64,000 bases of DNA from positions 1 to 64,000 of the forward strand of contig JAXLNO010000269.1 in NCBI GenBank assembly GCA_038087875.1, read 5' to 3'. Made by a program: the position numbers and the translations under genes. The notes beneath the pieces were generated by a model. The model ran no database searches. It was not told the DNA's origin and saw only the letters and a program-made list of their open reading frames with translations. The DNA comes from Malacoraja senta (Eukaryota). Shown one piece after another: positions 1 to 13,009 of this stretch; within the stretch, counting starts at the first letter, position 1, and every line of letters begins with the position of its first letter.

Positions 1-750
1 TTGAACATAAGGGGAAGGTATACGGTTGATGGCAAGACTGTTAACAGCATTGGTGTGCAGAGGGATCTGGAAGTCCAGGTCCACAGCTCCCTGCAAGTGT
101 CAACACAAGTCGATAGGGTGATAAAGATGGCTTATGGTATGCTTGCCCTCATTGGTAGGGGTATTATGAGAGTCAGGAAGTCATGATGCACCTCTATAAA
201 ACTGCTTCGGTTGCATTTGAAGTATTGCATGCAGTTTTGGTCACCCATACAGGAAGAAGGTAGAGGCTTTGGATAGGGTGCAGAAGAAGTTTACCACAAT
301 GCTGCCTGAAGTGGTATAAGCTACAAGGAGAGACTGGACAGACTTGAATTGTTTTCTCGGGAACACCAGTAGTTGAGGGAAGACCTAATAGATGTATATA
401 AAGGTATGAGAGTCATAGACAGCATGGACAGTCAGAACCTTTGTCCCAGGAATTGAGTCCATAGGATTAAAGTGAGAGGGACAAAGTTTAAAGGAGATAT
501 GCTGGTGCAAGTTTTTTTACTGAGGGTAGAGGGTGCCTGGGACGTCCTGCTAGGGGCGGTGGTGGAGCCGACACAATAGTCACGTTTAAGAGGCTTTTAG
601 ATAGGCACGTGGATATGCAGGGAAAGGAGGAATATGGGTCATACTGTATGTAGGCAGATGAGATTTGTTATCTTGACATTATGTTCGGCACTGACATTGT
701 GGGCTGAAGGATATGTTCTTGTGCTGTACTGTTCTATATTCTATGTTCTA
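1..750 (+). mobile_element. CR1 (HER1-like) LINE 3' fragment
   Basis: Decayed RT C-terminus (QRDLEVQVHSSLQV...KMAYGMLALIGRGI) followed by a CR1 3' UTR. Confidence 0.8.
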
Positions 751-754
751 AAGA

Positions 755-1105
755 CCCTCACCACCCTGACCATGCTCTCTTCTCGATGCTACCATCGGGA
801 AAAACAGTACAGGAGCCTGAGAACTGTGACCTCCAGTTGAAAGTACAGCTTTATTCCCAACAACCATCATGCTCTTAAACCACCATGCACAACCCTAACC
901 ACAACCTCACCTCAGCAGCAAACTCTGGACTTGGTACAAGGTGGTTCTACATACTTCAGCAGATTACCCAGTATAAATGGTCATTTATTGCATTGTATAT
1001 TTATTTGTTGTGTTGTTGCGTTAATGAACCCATAAAGCTGCAGCGGGTAAGAATTATTTCATTGTTCCGGTCCTGGTACATTTGACAATTGAGCACTCTT
1101 GACAC
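755..1105 (+). mobile_element. Rex1/Babar LINE 3' remnant
   Basis: Resembles the other Rex-type 3' ends in the window (ctaccatcggga...tacaggagcctga...cagctt...cccaacaaccatca). Confidence 0.55.
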
Positions 1106-1664
1106 TTGTTCATAAGTTCTAGGAGCAGTATTAGGCCATTCAGCCCATCAAGTCATGGCTCATCTATCTTTCTCTCTCAACCCCATTCTCCTGCCTTCTC
1201 CCCATAACCCCTGACATCCTTACTTTCTTGCCTTGAAGTACAATGGTCATCGTGGACATTGTGGGACAAAGGGCCTGTTTCTGCACTGTACGACTTTGTG
1301 ACTCTGACTTGATTAGTGAAGTGGGTATGAGAAGCCGATAACCCTAGCGGGAACATCTCCAAGCCTCACAAATATTCCCACTGTGAGAGAGAGTCTCACA
1401 TTTGCAGAAGTTGGCACTGCCTTCTCTAGATCTGGTGAACACCATGTGACAAACCAAATGAGTGTCACAGTGATGATGACTATGCTCATTCCCGCTCCCT
1501 TGCAATCGGTGGCAGGAAGCAGTTGCCTGCAAGGAATTCCGCAGCCTAATAAGGAAGCGAGGCTCAATCTTGGTTTTACTCTATTGCTGCTTTTAGTTTC
1601 TATATTGTAAGTTTATCTGTAATTCTGATCCGCAGATCACGTGGCCATGATGCTTTCATTTCTT

Positions 1665-1958
1665 TAGACTTTAGACTTTAGAGTTACAGTGTGGAAACAG
1701 GCCCACCGGGTCCGCTCCAACCAGCGGTCACTAACACTATCCTACACTCTAGGGACAATTTACAATTTATAGAGGCCAATTAACCTGGAAACCTGTACGT
1801 CTTTGGAGTGTGGGAGGAAACCGGAGCACCCGGAGAAAACCCACACAGTCACAGGGAGAACGTTCAAACTTCGTACTGACAGCACCCGTAGTCAGGATCA
1901 AACCCGGGTCTCTGGCGCTGGAAGGTAGCAACTCTACCGTTGCGCCACTGTGCCACCC
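1665..1958 (-). mobile_element. HE1-type tRNA-derived V-SINE
   Basis: A/B-box head, V-domain GGTTTCCTCCCACA, CR1-like tail ending in short tandem repeats. Confidence 0.8.
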
Positions 1959-2924
1959 CATGGATGTAGCAATTCAGAAAGGCTCAATTGGGTATTCTGA
2001 CCAGTCAGACTCAGTCAATCCATTTTCTTCCAACGCCAAGTCCCAATCTCCAATCACCACGGATGATGCAGGGCCTCACAGCTCCGGTGACCGGGTTCAA
2101 TCCCATTCTCCAGTGCTGTATGTGTTAAGTTGTACATTCTCCCTGTGGCCCTGTGGGTTTCCCCAGGTCATACAGCACAGAAACCAATGTACTTCAGCCC
2201 AGTTTATTCATACTGACCAAATTGCCCCATTTAATCTATCTATTTACCTGAATTCCCATCCCTTTAAATCTTTCATATCCATCGACCTGGCCAAATGTCT
2301 TTTAAATGTTATTATAGGTACTGGTTTCATCCCTTCCCAAAGATGTGCAGGTTAATAGTTTAATCTGGTGCTGTAAATCGTTATAGGTGAGCTGATGGGA
2401 ATGTGGAGAGAATCAAATGGGATTTGTGTAGAATTATGATAAAAAATGGGTGGTTGATGGTCAGCATTGACTCAATGGGCTGAAGGGCCTATTTGATGAT
2501 GTACCTCTCTATGGCTCCGTAACTGCACTCTCTTCATCAAAACATCAAAATTAATTAACTTGCTGAAGGACGTGCTGACCAAAATAAACGTCAGGCCCGG
2601 AAAAGTCTCACAGCCGGTGAAGTGACCTCCCACTGTCACACCGCATCTTGTACCACGGGAGCAGACTTTGTCCTGCCCTTTGATTTAACAAAGACCCCCC
2701 ACCACCCCTCCTCCTGTGGTTAGACTATTTAAAGTATAAACTACTGTGAGCAGAACAGGCAGAAGGAAGTACCGTCCGCACACTGCCACACACACACACA
2801 TTTCTTCCCACTGCTCCCCCCAGCTCTAGTGGTGACCCTTCTAACTCACATATGAGGCGTACAGAGAAACCAAGCTGACACAGAGTGTAGAGACTGATGC
2901 ACTGACTCTTAGAGTTGTAGGGTC

Positions 2925-3277
2925 GTGGAGAAATACAGCGTGGAAACAGGCCCTTCGGCACCAAATCTGCGGCAACCATCAACCATCCATTTACACTTAC
3001 ACTAATCCCATTTCTTACTGTCCCCCCTCATTCCAATCATCTCACCCCACCCCCCCACCCCACTCCAATTATATCACTCACCTACACACTAGGAGCAATT
3101 TACAGTATCCAATCAACCAACCAACCCTCACACCCTGAAGGAGGAAACTGGAGCACCTGCATTAAACACAAGGTGAACGTACAAACTCCACGCAGACAGC
3201 ATCGGAAGTTAGGATCAAACCCAAGTTGCTGGAGGTGTGAAGAAGCCCCTCCATCAGCTGTGCCACCATGCTGCCAA
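2925..3277 (-). mobile_element. HE1-type SINE (diverged)
   Basis: Same head, V-domain and tail organisation as 4137-4446. Confidence 0.7.
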
Positions 3278-3477
3278 TGTGCCACATATGTCTTGCCTTT
3301 ACTAATATACCATTTTGTATGAAGATTGTGCCAGGTTAAGGCACTGATAGGCAATATCATTCTAATGCACAAGGAGAATGGATCTGCAAACTTTGTCCAC
3401 TGCCCACATTTTCATTTTCCCTACATGTCTTCGGAGAACTGATGTTTGCAACCCATGAAGTTACTGGGTCAGTGTCG

Positions 3478-3892
3478 AGATAGACACAAAATGCTGGATG
3501 ATCTCAACGGGTCAGGCAGCATCTCTGGAGAAAGTGAATAGGTGGTGTTTTAGGTCAGGGCCCTTCTTCAGTCTGGAAGTAAAGGTGGAGGGGGGGTGGG
3601 GGGGGGAATGTGGAGGCGAAAAAAGGCGAGAACAAATCAGGGCTGGCAACAGATGACTTCAGGAAGGGCAGAGCCGATAATGGCCCATTGTTGGCTGGGG
3701 AAGATGTGATAACAACAGGTATACAAGGATGCGATCAGTGGAACTAGTAGCACAACCGAGGGGAGTGGGGATGGGAGATGATACTGGAGTTACTTGAAAT
3801 TAGAGAAATCAGCGTTCATGCCGCTTGGTTGTAAGCTGTCCAAGCAAAACATGAGGAGGTGTGGCCTCACTTTGACAGTGGAGGAGGCCCTA
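3478..3892 (-). mobile_element. Penelope-like element 3' fragment (end of GIY-YIG plus pLTR)
   Basis: Homologous to 35375-35880; degenerate hammerhead core at about 3540-3572. Confidence 0.7.
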
Positions 3893-4136
3893 GGGTTCAG
3901 TGGACTCAGTGTTGAGTTTTGAGTGCTGTTACATCTCTATTTGGAGGATGAGGTGTATCTGTGCCCTTATCACTAGCCTGCTTCCTACTTTCCAATGATT
4001 GAGCAAGTTTACTGTCAGCCGCAGGGGAAAATCTAAATCCTGTCATGTGAGTGACATTGAGTGATCAGACCAGGTATGTAATGGTGAAGGTTGCTAGTAC
4101 CTGACCTCTCTCTCTCAAGCATAAACCACAAACAGT

Positions 4137-4446
4137 GGGCGGCATGGTGGCGCAGTGGTAGAGTTGTTGCCTTACAGGACTTGCAGCACCGGAGACCCGG
4201 GTTCGATCCCGACTACGTGTGCTGTCTGTACGGAGTTTGTGCGTTATCCCCGTGACTGCATGAGTTTTCTCCAGGATATTCGGTTTCCTCCCACATTCCA
4301 AAGACGTACAGGTTTGTAGGTTGATTGGCTTGGTATAAATTGTCCCTAGTGCGTATAGGATAGTGTTAATGTGCGGGGATCGCCGGTCGGTGCGGACTCG
4401 GTGGGCCTGTTATCTCGCTGTATCTCTAAACTAAACTAAACTAAAA
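4137..4446 (+). mobile_element. HE1-type V-SINE, full length
   Basis: tRNA-like A box TGGCGCAGTGG, B box GGTTCGATCC, V-domain, (CTAAA)n tail. Confidence 0.85.
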
Positions 4447-5580
4447 CAAAGTGCTGGAGTATCTCAGCGAGTCAGGCAACATCTGTGGACACTTTCCCCA
4501 GACTGATTGGAGAGTAGGGGAGAGAAGCTGGAAAAGAGAGGTGGGGACAGGACAAAGCTGACAAGTGATAGATTATACAGGTGAGGGGGGTTTGATTGGT
4601 AGATGGGGTGAGTAAATGACAAAGTCTTGGGATGAAAAAGACAGAAAGGGGTGTCAGATAAGGAGAGTGGAGGAGTGAAATGTAATGCCAGATGGAGAGA
4701 TAAAGGTGGAAGGGGATGGGAAAAGCAGGAGGAAAGTAAAGAGTGCAGGATAGTAGGAGATATGGATGCAGGTGTGCGGGGGTGAGAGGGGGTATTACTG
4801 AAAATTGGAGAATTCAATCCTCATTCCATTGGGTGTAAGCCACCCTCGCGGAATCTGAGGTGCTGTTCCGCCGGTTTGCATGTGGACTCCCTCTGGCAAT
4901 GAAGGAGGCCCAGGACAGAAAGGTCAGTGTGGGAATGGGCGGAGGAGGTAAAATGAATGGTAACTGGGACATCCAGCTGCCCTTGGTGGGCAGAGCACAG
5001 GGGTTCAGTGAAACTGCCGCCTAGACTATGCTTGGTCTCGCTGGTGTAAAGGAGGCCACATTCGGGAGCACCAAATACAGTGCATGAGATTTGAAGATGT
5101 GTATGCAGTTTACAGCCCAACCAACATTGAATTCTCCAATTTTGAGTAATACCCCCTATTCCCTATCTCTTTCCTGTGCTTCCCACACCCTGGTGTGCAC
5201 CCATTTCTCCCATTTTCCTGCCCTTTTCCCCCTCCCATCCCCCCCCCCCACATACCCTTCAATCTATATCTCTCCATCTGACTATACATTTCACTTCTCT
5301 TCTCTCCTTATCTGACACTTTTTAGTCTCCTTTTCATCTCTAGCCTTTATCATTTATTAAGCCCATCTGTCAATTACCCCCTCCCCTCACCTGCATACAC
5401 CTATCACTCGCCAGGTTTTGTCTTAGCCCCGCCTCTTTTCCAGCTTCCATCCCCCTCCCCCCCCCACTAAAACTAGTCTGAAGGATCTCAGCCCACGGAT
5501 GCTGCCTGACCCCCTGAGTTACTCAGCATTTTGTGTTTTGCTCAAGATTCCAGCATCTGCAGTTCCTTGTTCCTCACAAA
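4447..5580. mobile_element. Penelope-like element: minus-strand GIY-YIG endonuclease remnant plus an inverted pLTR copy
   Basis: ORF 4821-5120(-) CGLLYTSETK...HFTSSAHSHTDLSVLGLLHCQ...EQHLRFR matches the PLE GIY-YIG C-terminus. 5127-5156 is the reverse complement of 4790-4819 and starts an inverted pLTR. Confidence 0.8.
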
Positions 5581-5994
5581 CCTACCCTTGTTCCGACCAC
5601 TTGGGTGCCATTTAGGTCCCTGCCGTAGGTAGCTTCACGGTAACTCTCCCACAACCGATGTTAAACTTGTGGGTCAGTCATCTTTAGAAAAGAGGATGCA
5701 TTTCCACGTAAATGCATAATCTCTGTCTCTGGTAATTTTTTAATAGATCACCATTAACAGTATGGCATTCCAATCCACCTCATCAGCAGTTGTGTTTGCC
5801 GTGTCCTGCAAGTTTATTTACTTGGTGTTACATTACCTCCCGTCAATGTTAATATTAAATCCACTACATTCCTCCTCTTGACATTCGATCCCCATTCACC
5901 ACCAGTACTTTGTCCTGTTTCTCTGCGGTAAAAAGATTACTGGAATACAAGATACCATTCTCTTGTTATCTGTTATTCCACGTTTCCCAATGAT

Positions 5995-6288
5995 GTGGAA
6001 GAAGGCCATTTAACCCTTCGAGTCTATGCCAGTTTACCGAGCAATCCCATATTTCCATTAATGTTTTGCATAACCTATTTCCCCCCCCCCACCACCTCAC
6101 CTCACTATCCCCCAGATCATGAACACTCTGGAGCAATTAACATACTAACCCACCCGTCTTTGGGTGTGGGGGAAACCAGAGCACTTGATGACAGGGAGAA
6201 CATCACACAGACAGCATTCAAGGTCAGGATTGAACCCAGGTCGCTGGAGCTGTGAGGCAGCAGCTCTACAAGCTGCACCGCTGTGCCC
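5995..6288 (-). mobile_element. HE1-type SINE (diverged)
   Basis: tRNA head and V-domain on the minus strand. Confidence 0.6.
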
Positions 6289-6659
6289 TTCCAAACACCA
6301 GCCTGAGCCAGCTTTTTATTCAGATTTGACATCTTTGTCTATAAACGTTATTTTAGTTGGAGTTGATATCCTACCTAAGTTTATTCACCCTCAATTTCAG
6401 GTGATTTTCTTTTCTTTATAACCCTCCTTCCTTTTCTGCTTCGCCCATGCAATAGCTGCAGGCCACGGACGCCCAGATTCCCAGCTCCTACTGACGTCTC
6501 CTCTCTCCATGACATCATTGGGAAGCAATGTGAAACTCAATGTACAGAGATCTGCCCACCATCAGTCAGGTCAGGGCAGCAATCTCTAGCTAACCTGGAT
6601 TACCATACTGCCAAGGCATTGACGCTGCTTTCCTAGCACCGTAGGAACGACTTACATTA

Positions 6660-6990
6660 GGTCATAGTTATAGAGAGAAACAGCATGGAAACAGGACCTT
6701 CGGCCCACTAAATCCACATTGATTATCAACCACCCATTTACACTCATTCGACATTCATCACAATTTTTTATTCTCCCCACATTCTCAACACCCACCAGAT
6801 CCTGCCATCCACTAAAAAGTAATTCACAGAGGCCAATTAACCTACCAATCTGCATGTTTTTGGTTGTGGGAGGAAACTGCAGCACTTGGGGGGAAGCCCA
6901 TGTGCTCACAGGAAGAGCATGCAAACTCCACAAAGGCAACACTTAGGGTCCGGACTGAATATGGAGCCGTGGTGCCATGAGTCAGCAGCT
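6660..6990 (-). mobile_element. HE1-type SINE (diverged)
   Basis: V-domain and CR1-like tail. Confidence 0.65.
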
Positions 6991-7297
6991 CTCCTGGCTT
7001 AGTATCCCCCACCTATCCTACCTCCCGTAGCAAGGTGAAGGGTGGAAAACCTAGCGGGTGTGTTGTATCAGAAACACCAGTACCTTGTGGGGTGATCTTT
7101 ATCTTCAGAGCAAGGGGCACCAGTCATGCTGCTGCCATGAAGACAGCAACATCAGCAGTGGCTTTTAAAGAATTAATTCATAGGTCAAGCTCCAACTGTG
7201 TTTATGCGCTTAAATCTGAATAATTTATAGTTGTAATCTCGAAGGGAGAGGAGGCCATTTGGCCCATCGTGCTTCCAGCTGCTCTTCCATTATTCAG

Positions 7298-7543
7298 TGA
7301 CAACACCTCCTCCACCATAATTCTCAACACCAGAGCCCCGCAAGAATGCATTCTCCGTCCCCTACTATACTCCCTGTACACTCACAACTGTGTGGCCAAA
7401 TTCAGACTTCATCTACAAGTTTGCAGATGACACCACTGTGGTGGGCTGGATCATGAACAATGACAAAACGGAGTACAGGAAGGAGATAGAGAATTTAGTA
7501 ACCTGGTGTCAGGACAATAACCTCTCCCTTCATGTCAGCTAAA
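7298..7543 (+). mobile_element. Rex1/Babar RT fragment
   Basis: Translates to NTRAPQECILRPLLYSLYTHNC...KFADDTTVVG...WCQDNNLSL. Confidence 0.8.
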
Positions 7544-8493
7544 TGAATTGTAATTGTAATTGTAATTAATTTATTGTAATTAATTTATTAGCCAAGTATG
7601 TAAAAACATACAAGGAATTTGATTTGCCATACAGTCATACCGAAAAAGCAACAAGACATACAACTACATGAAAATTAACATAAACATCCACCACAGCGCA
7701 CAGTGATGGAAGGCAATAACATATTATCTTCTTCCCTCCTTTTCTCCCGCGGCCAGGACAGTCGAACCATCTGCATTCGGGGCGATCGAAGCTCCTGCGT
7801 CGGGGCGATCGAAGCTCCAGCGATCGGGGCGGTCCAAGCTCTTGCAGTTGGAGCTCCCTGTGACCGCTAGGGTTACCCCCAGGTTCTCCAGTTTCCTCAC
7901 ATATCCCAAAGACGTGCGGGTTTGTAGGTTAACTGGTCATTGCAAAATATCGAGGTGAGCAGCAGAATTTGGGGATGATTAAATGAGATGTGGGGTAACC
8001 AGAACAGGTTAGGGTATGATTAGTGTAAATGAATACATGACAGTCAGCATGGACTCAATGGGCCGAGGAGCCTGCTTCCATGTTGTATCTCTCTTTGGCT
8101 AGCATAACAATTCTCTGCATCTCTTCCTGACTTTAAATCTGTGGGTCCTGACTTTGGACATTGTGCTCGCGAAGCCCTACATAATTCTTGACCATCTCCA
8201 TGAGTTCCCTCCTTGCTTTCCTGCAAGGTGAATGACCTCTCATGCCACCACAGAACTCCCTTCCCTGGTTCTATTCTGGACAGGAACAAAGTCATAGGCC
8301 CTACCTGGAAGCGTCCTGCCTTGGCTTTAGGCTTGACCATGTTTGGACCTTAAATTCCCCTGTGGAAGCTCAGGTTGGTCATGAGATACTGCTTTGCAGG
8401 CCTGTCTATCATCGTGGTTTGGGCAATTTAGCATCTCTACCTCATGGTACCAGGTGGAAGTTCTACAGAAAATAGCCGATAAAACTTTTGAAC

Positions 8494-8605
8494 AGAAGAT
8501 AGACAGAAAATGCTGGAGTAACTCAGCGGGTCAGGCAACATCTCTGGAGAAAAGGAATAGGTGATGTTTCGGGTCGATACTCTTCTTCAGACCGATTAGA
8601 GCTTG
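8494..8605 (-). mobile_element. Short Penelope-derived insertion with a hammerhead core
   Basis: 12-bp direct repeat AAACTTTTGAAC at 8482-8493 and 8606-8617. Minus strand reads GGT-CTGAAGA-A-GAGTATCGACCC-GAAA-CATC-ACC. Confidence 0.75.
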
Positions 8606-8947
8606 AAACTTTTGAACCATGAATTTCGATCCTTCGACTCGAGCTATCAAATCAGTTTACTGACCCTGACCTCTAACACATCCTCCCGCCACCAGAATCT
8701 CTGCCTCAGGAGCAGGGAAATTTGACCCTATTCTGCCAACTCAGTGAGCAACTGGAGTTACACTCGTTGTCACTTGTGTCCGATCTCACTTGCATCCAGC
8801 TTCCTGCTGCTTTCCCCCCACATGACACGACTGGAGTCTATCTCCGCGCCTTTGTTCACAAGGCCCTCAGCAATCACAGCGTGGTCTCCTTGAACACAAT
8901 CGCTACACCAGTTTCCCAGCCAGGTCTACCTGAAGGTGGGCCAGGGT

Positions 8948-9701
8948 TAGGGTTGCCAACCTTCTCACTCCCAAATAAGGGACAAAAAGTCAAAATAAGG
9001 GACAAATTCCTGATGGCAATTCGTTGACCGACTCGGCCGTGGCTGGGTGAATGATGAGTTGGCCCGGGTGCTGGATTGCACACAAAGCCCAGCTGAGGAG
9101 TTTTGGCCCGGGCGCTAGACTTTGCGCGCGATGACGCGCGGCTTTGTGTTCTGCAGAATGCAAAGTCCGGCACCACATCCAACTCATGAACCGATGAACG
9201 GCCATGAGAAGGAGGGGTGGTGGCGTCGGCGGTAAGCGAAGGTCAGACAGCTGGCCTGGTCACCGGCGAGGCCACGGGCGAGGAGCTGCTGCTGCGCTCC
9301 ATGGGCTGCACTACGTCGGGACGGATGAGGCGGGGCCAGACGCGGCACTCCGACCCGACAGTCCGCTTTGTGTTCTGCAGAATGCAAAGTCCGGCACCAC
9401 ATCCAACTCATGAACCGATGAACGGCCATGAGAAGGAGGGGTGGTGGCGTCGGCGGTAAGCGAAGGTCAGACAGCTGGCCTGGTCACCGGCGAGGCCACG
9501 GGCGAGGAGCTGCTGCTGCGCTCCATGGGCTGCACTACGTCGGACGGATGAGGCGGGGCCAGACGCGGCACTCCTGACCCGACAGTCCGCTCGATCCGAG
9601 AGTAGCAGTCAAATACGGGACATGGGCGTCCCGTATGGGACAAACAAATTTAGCCCAATATTCGGGATGTCCCGGCTAATACGGGACAGTTAGCAACCCG
9701 A
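8948..9701. mobile_element. Non-autonomous hAT DNA transposon with an internal 224-bp tandem duplication
   Basis: TIRs TAGGGTTGCCAAC / GTTAGCAACCCGA (11/13), 8-bp TSD GCCAGGGT/GCCAGGGC, subterminal repeated AATA(A/C)GGGACA. 9141-9364 is repeated from 9365. Confidence 0.85.
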
Positions 9702-10890
9702 GCCAGGGCAAGGGACGGACAAACGAGACAGACTCTGGCTGCTGATTTCACCATCCTCCGCTACTGTTCCCTCAACCGAAAACAAGCAGGAACATCCACT
9801 GGTGGTGTTGCTTTGATGAACAGCCTGCATTAAAGGGAGGTCTCAGGGTGTGTGAAAACAAACGAGGCCTTGTGTGATATTGGAAAGGCCTGGCCTTTGA
9901 TCCTCAAGGCGTAAATGATTCCTCACACCAGAATGCTTGCCTGGGCCATGGAAGGCGTAACGTTTCAAAAACTCGCTAATGCAGCCTCAGCCTCAGGTAA
10001 TAAGCATGCAAATCTGACCTTTCTGCTCCAGGCTGATGTTCCCCAACAAGCTCTGATTAGAGCTTGCCTTTTAATGATCTTTTAGTTGTACAATACAACC
10101 CGAAGCTCTGATTTCAGCAGCAGACTATGCCAAAGAGAGCATTTGCTTGCGTAAGCAAGATATCCCGATAACAGAAAGGCACTGTGAAATAGTTCGAGAC
10201 ACTTTGCTGGGAAGATACTCACCTGTGGGACACCTGTAGGTAGCTGCCAGAACAGGAGAATAAGACTGTGTATTAATTTCGAAACAGAGCCCAAAACTTT
10301 CATCCAAAGCCCTTTGAACATTTTTTCTGAGGCATTCACAGCTTTGGATCTAATCAAGACTGGTCTGTTTTCAAGGAACGACGTTTAAGATTCAACCCAC
10401 AGCATCTTTGTATTCTGAGCTGCTTCTATTTTCATATCTGGGTTGGCAGCAAAAGAGATTTTTTTTTCTATTTTGAAGTGTCTTGTTTAAATAGGTCACT
10501 TCTCCTTTGTTGAGCACTTTTTCCCATAATAACATCAAAGATTAGAAATACAAGATCAGCTCAACTTCCACTCTGTGGCTCCTGAGAAAAATGAATCAAA
10601 ATGCTCGCATTAATGTTCGAGGGTGTAACAGCCCTCCCCAGATTTACTTTTTCCACACAGGAATTTGGAGCCACATGTTCTGATGCTCTCTGTTCACGGA
10701 CAGGGAGCAATGCTCCTGAGATCCAGAAGTGGAATTTGAGCTCCAAACTGGGAATGGTCTCATGTATTGAGCCTTGAGGTGATCGACATTGGGTCACATC
10801 GTCAGATGTTTCCAGTTGAAAAAAAAATGTATGTTAAACCTTGTCAGGAAAGCAGTTGACTTGTGGAAAAGTCTCGACCCGAAATGTCAC

Positions 10891-12250
10891 AATAGACAAT
10901 AGACAATAGTGCAGGAGTAGGCCATTCGGCCCTTTGAGCCAGCACCGCCATTCACTGTGATCATGGCTTGATCATCCACAATCAATACCACATTCCTGCC
11001 TTCTCCCCATATCCTTCACTCCTTTATCTTCAAGGAGATCCATCTCTTGAAACACTCTCTTGAAAGCCTCCAGAGAATTGGCCTCCACTGCCTTCTGAGG
11101 CAGAAAATTCTACCACTTCACAACTCTCTGTGTGAAAATGTTTTTCCTCATCTCCGTTCTAATGGCTTACCCCTTATTCTTAAACTGTGGCCCTTGGTTC
11201 TGGACTCCCCCAACATCGGGAACATGTTCCTGCCTCTAGCGTGCCCAACCCTTAATAATCTTATATGTTTCAATAAAATTCCCTCTCATCCTTCTAAATT
11301 CCAGAGTATACAAGCCCAGCCGCTCTATTCTATCAACATATGACCATCCCGCCATCCCAGGAATTAACCTCGTGAACCTACGCTGTACTCAATAGCAAGA
11401 ATATCCTTCCTCAAATTTGGAGACCAAAACTGCACAGGGTGGTCTCACTAGGGCCCTGTACACTGCAGAAGGACCTCTTTGCTCCTATACTTAACTCCTC
11501 TTGTTATGAAGGCCAACATGGCATTCACTTTCTTTACTGCCTGCTGTACCTGCCTGCTTACTTTCAGTGACTGATGTACAAGGACCCCCAGATCTCGCTG
11601 TACTTCCCCTTTTCCCAACTTGACACCATTCAGATAATAATCTGCCTTCCTGTTTTTGCCACCAAAGTGGATAACTCACTTTAATCCACATTAATCCATG
11701 CATCTGCCATGCATCTGCCCACTCACCCAACCTGTCCAAGTCACACTGCATCCTCATAGCATCCTGCCACCCAGCTAAATCCCAGAATCCCTTGCAGGCT
11801 CCAGTACAAGCTGCTCTAAGATCCATCACGGAGGCACTCCACAAACTCCCTTTCTGGGGTCCAGTACTAACCTGATTTCCCAGTTTACCTGCGTTGAAGT
11901 CTCCCATAACAACCATAGCATTACCTTTATGAACATGCCAATTTCCAACTTGCACCTATATGCAGGCTACTGTTTGGAGGCCTGTAGATAACTTTACAAT
12001 TCTCAGTTCTATCCATGCTGACTCTACATTTCCTGATTCTATGTCACCCCCTCGCAAGGGACTGAATTATATTCCTGACCAACAGAGCTACCCCACCCCC
12101 TCTGCCCACCTGTCTGTCTTTTCGATAGACGTATACCCTTGAATATTCAGTTCCCAGCCCTGGCCCTCCTTGTAGCCATGTCTCTGTAATTCCCACAACA
12201 TCACACTTGCCAATTTCTAAACTGAGCATCAAGCTCATCCACTTTATTTC
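10891..12250 (-). mobile_element. Internally deleted CR1 LINE (endonuclease start joined to RT 3' end)
   Basis: APE motif CDVVGITETWL...YRKDR...GGGVALLVR at 12044-12238, joined near 11765 to the RT C-terminus ([14 protein letters not shown]) and 3' UTR. Confidence 0.85.
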
Positions 12251-13009
12251 TTTACCTATTCACCTATTCCTTTTCTCCAGAGATGCTGACCCGCTGAGTT
12301 ACTCTAGCTTTTTGCGTCTATCTTCAGTTTAAACCAGCAGCTGCAGTTCCTTCCTACACAAGCAGAGCACAGACGTTGGTTTGCAGGGGTTTTGTATGGT
12401 CTGTTTCATTACACATAGCACTTGGGGTCTTGGCTGCAACAGAATCCCACAGTGGTGGGGCCCACGCCCAGTGTTGCCTCAGCTCAGTGCACCCTTCCTG
12501 GCAAGAAGCCTGTTATCTTGTCAATGCCACCTTGCTGTTCAAACAAACTTTCTGTGTGCAGATATCCTGCATTACAATACTCAATCAATCCACTGTATAG
12601 TGTTGGAATACCCTGCGCTTGCAAGAAAGCACAATATAAATGCAACTTCCGTCAGTTCCTTTCGCTGGGTTAGATAATGCTGCTGAAGGCAATGGATGGG
12701 GTTACATTTTTTCAGTTTTGAAGAAAGGGGAAACTCCTATTTAATCTTGCTGAAAGGTGCTTGAAGGGATGGGAGAGAATTAAGTTCAAACCTCTGTGAT
12801 GGTTCAATATTTCGATTTTAAATCCCAAAATGTCTGCCTGTACTGGTACCCAACTATCTGTAATTAGAGGCTCCTGCCAGTGGTGGCACTACAGCTCCTT
12901 GTGGTAAAGGTGGAGCTAACCGTGACTGTTTACATAGGCATTTTGCATTATAAATGTGAACAGAATACTCACAGTATGAGCAGGAAGGCAATAGTCATAG
13001 CGTTATAGT

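Noticed and set aside
4137..4215. tRNA-like A/B boxes
   Set aside because: Head of an HE1 SINE, not a tRNA gene; the same applies to the other SINE heads.
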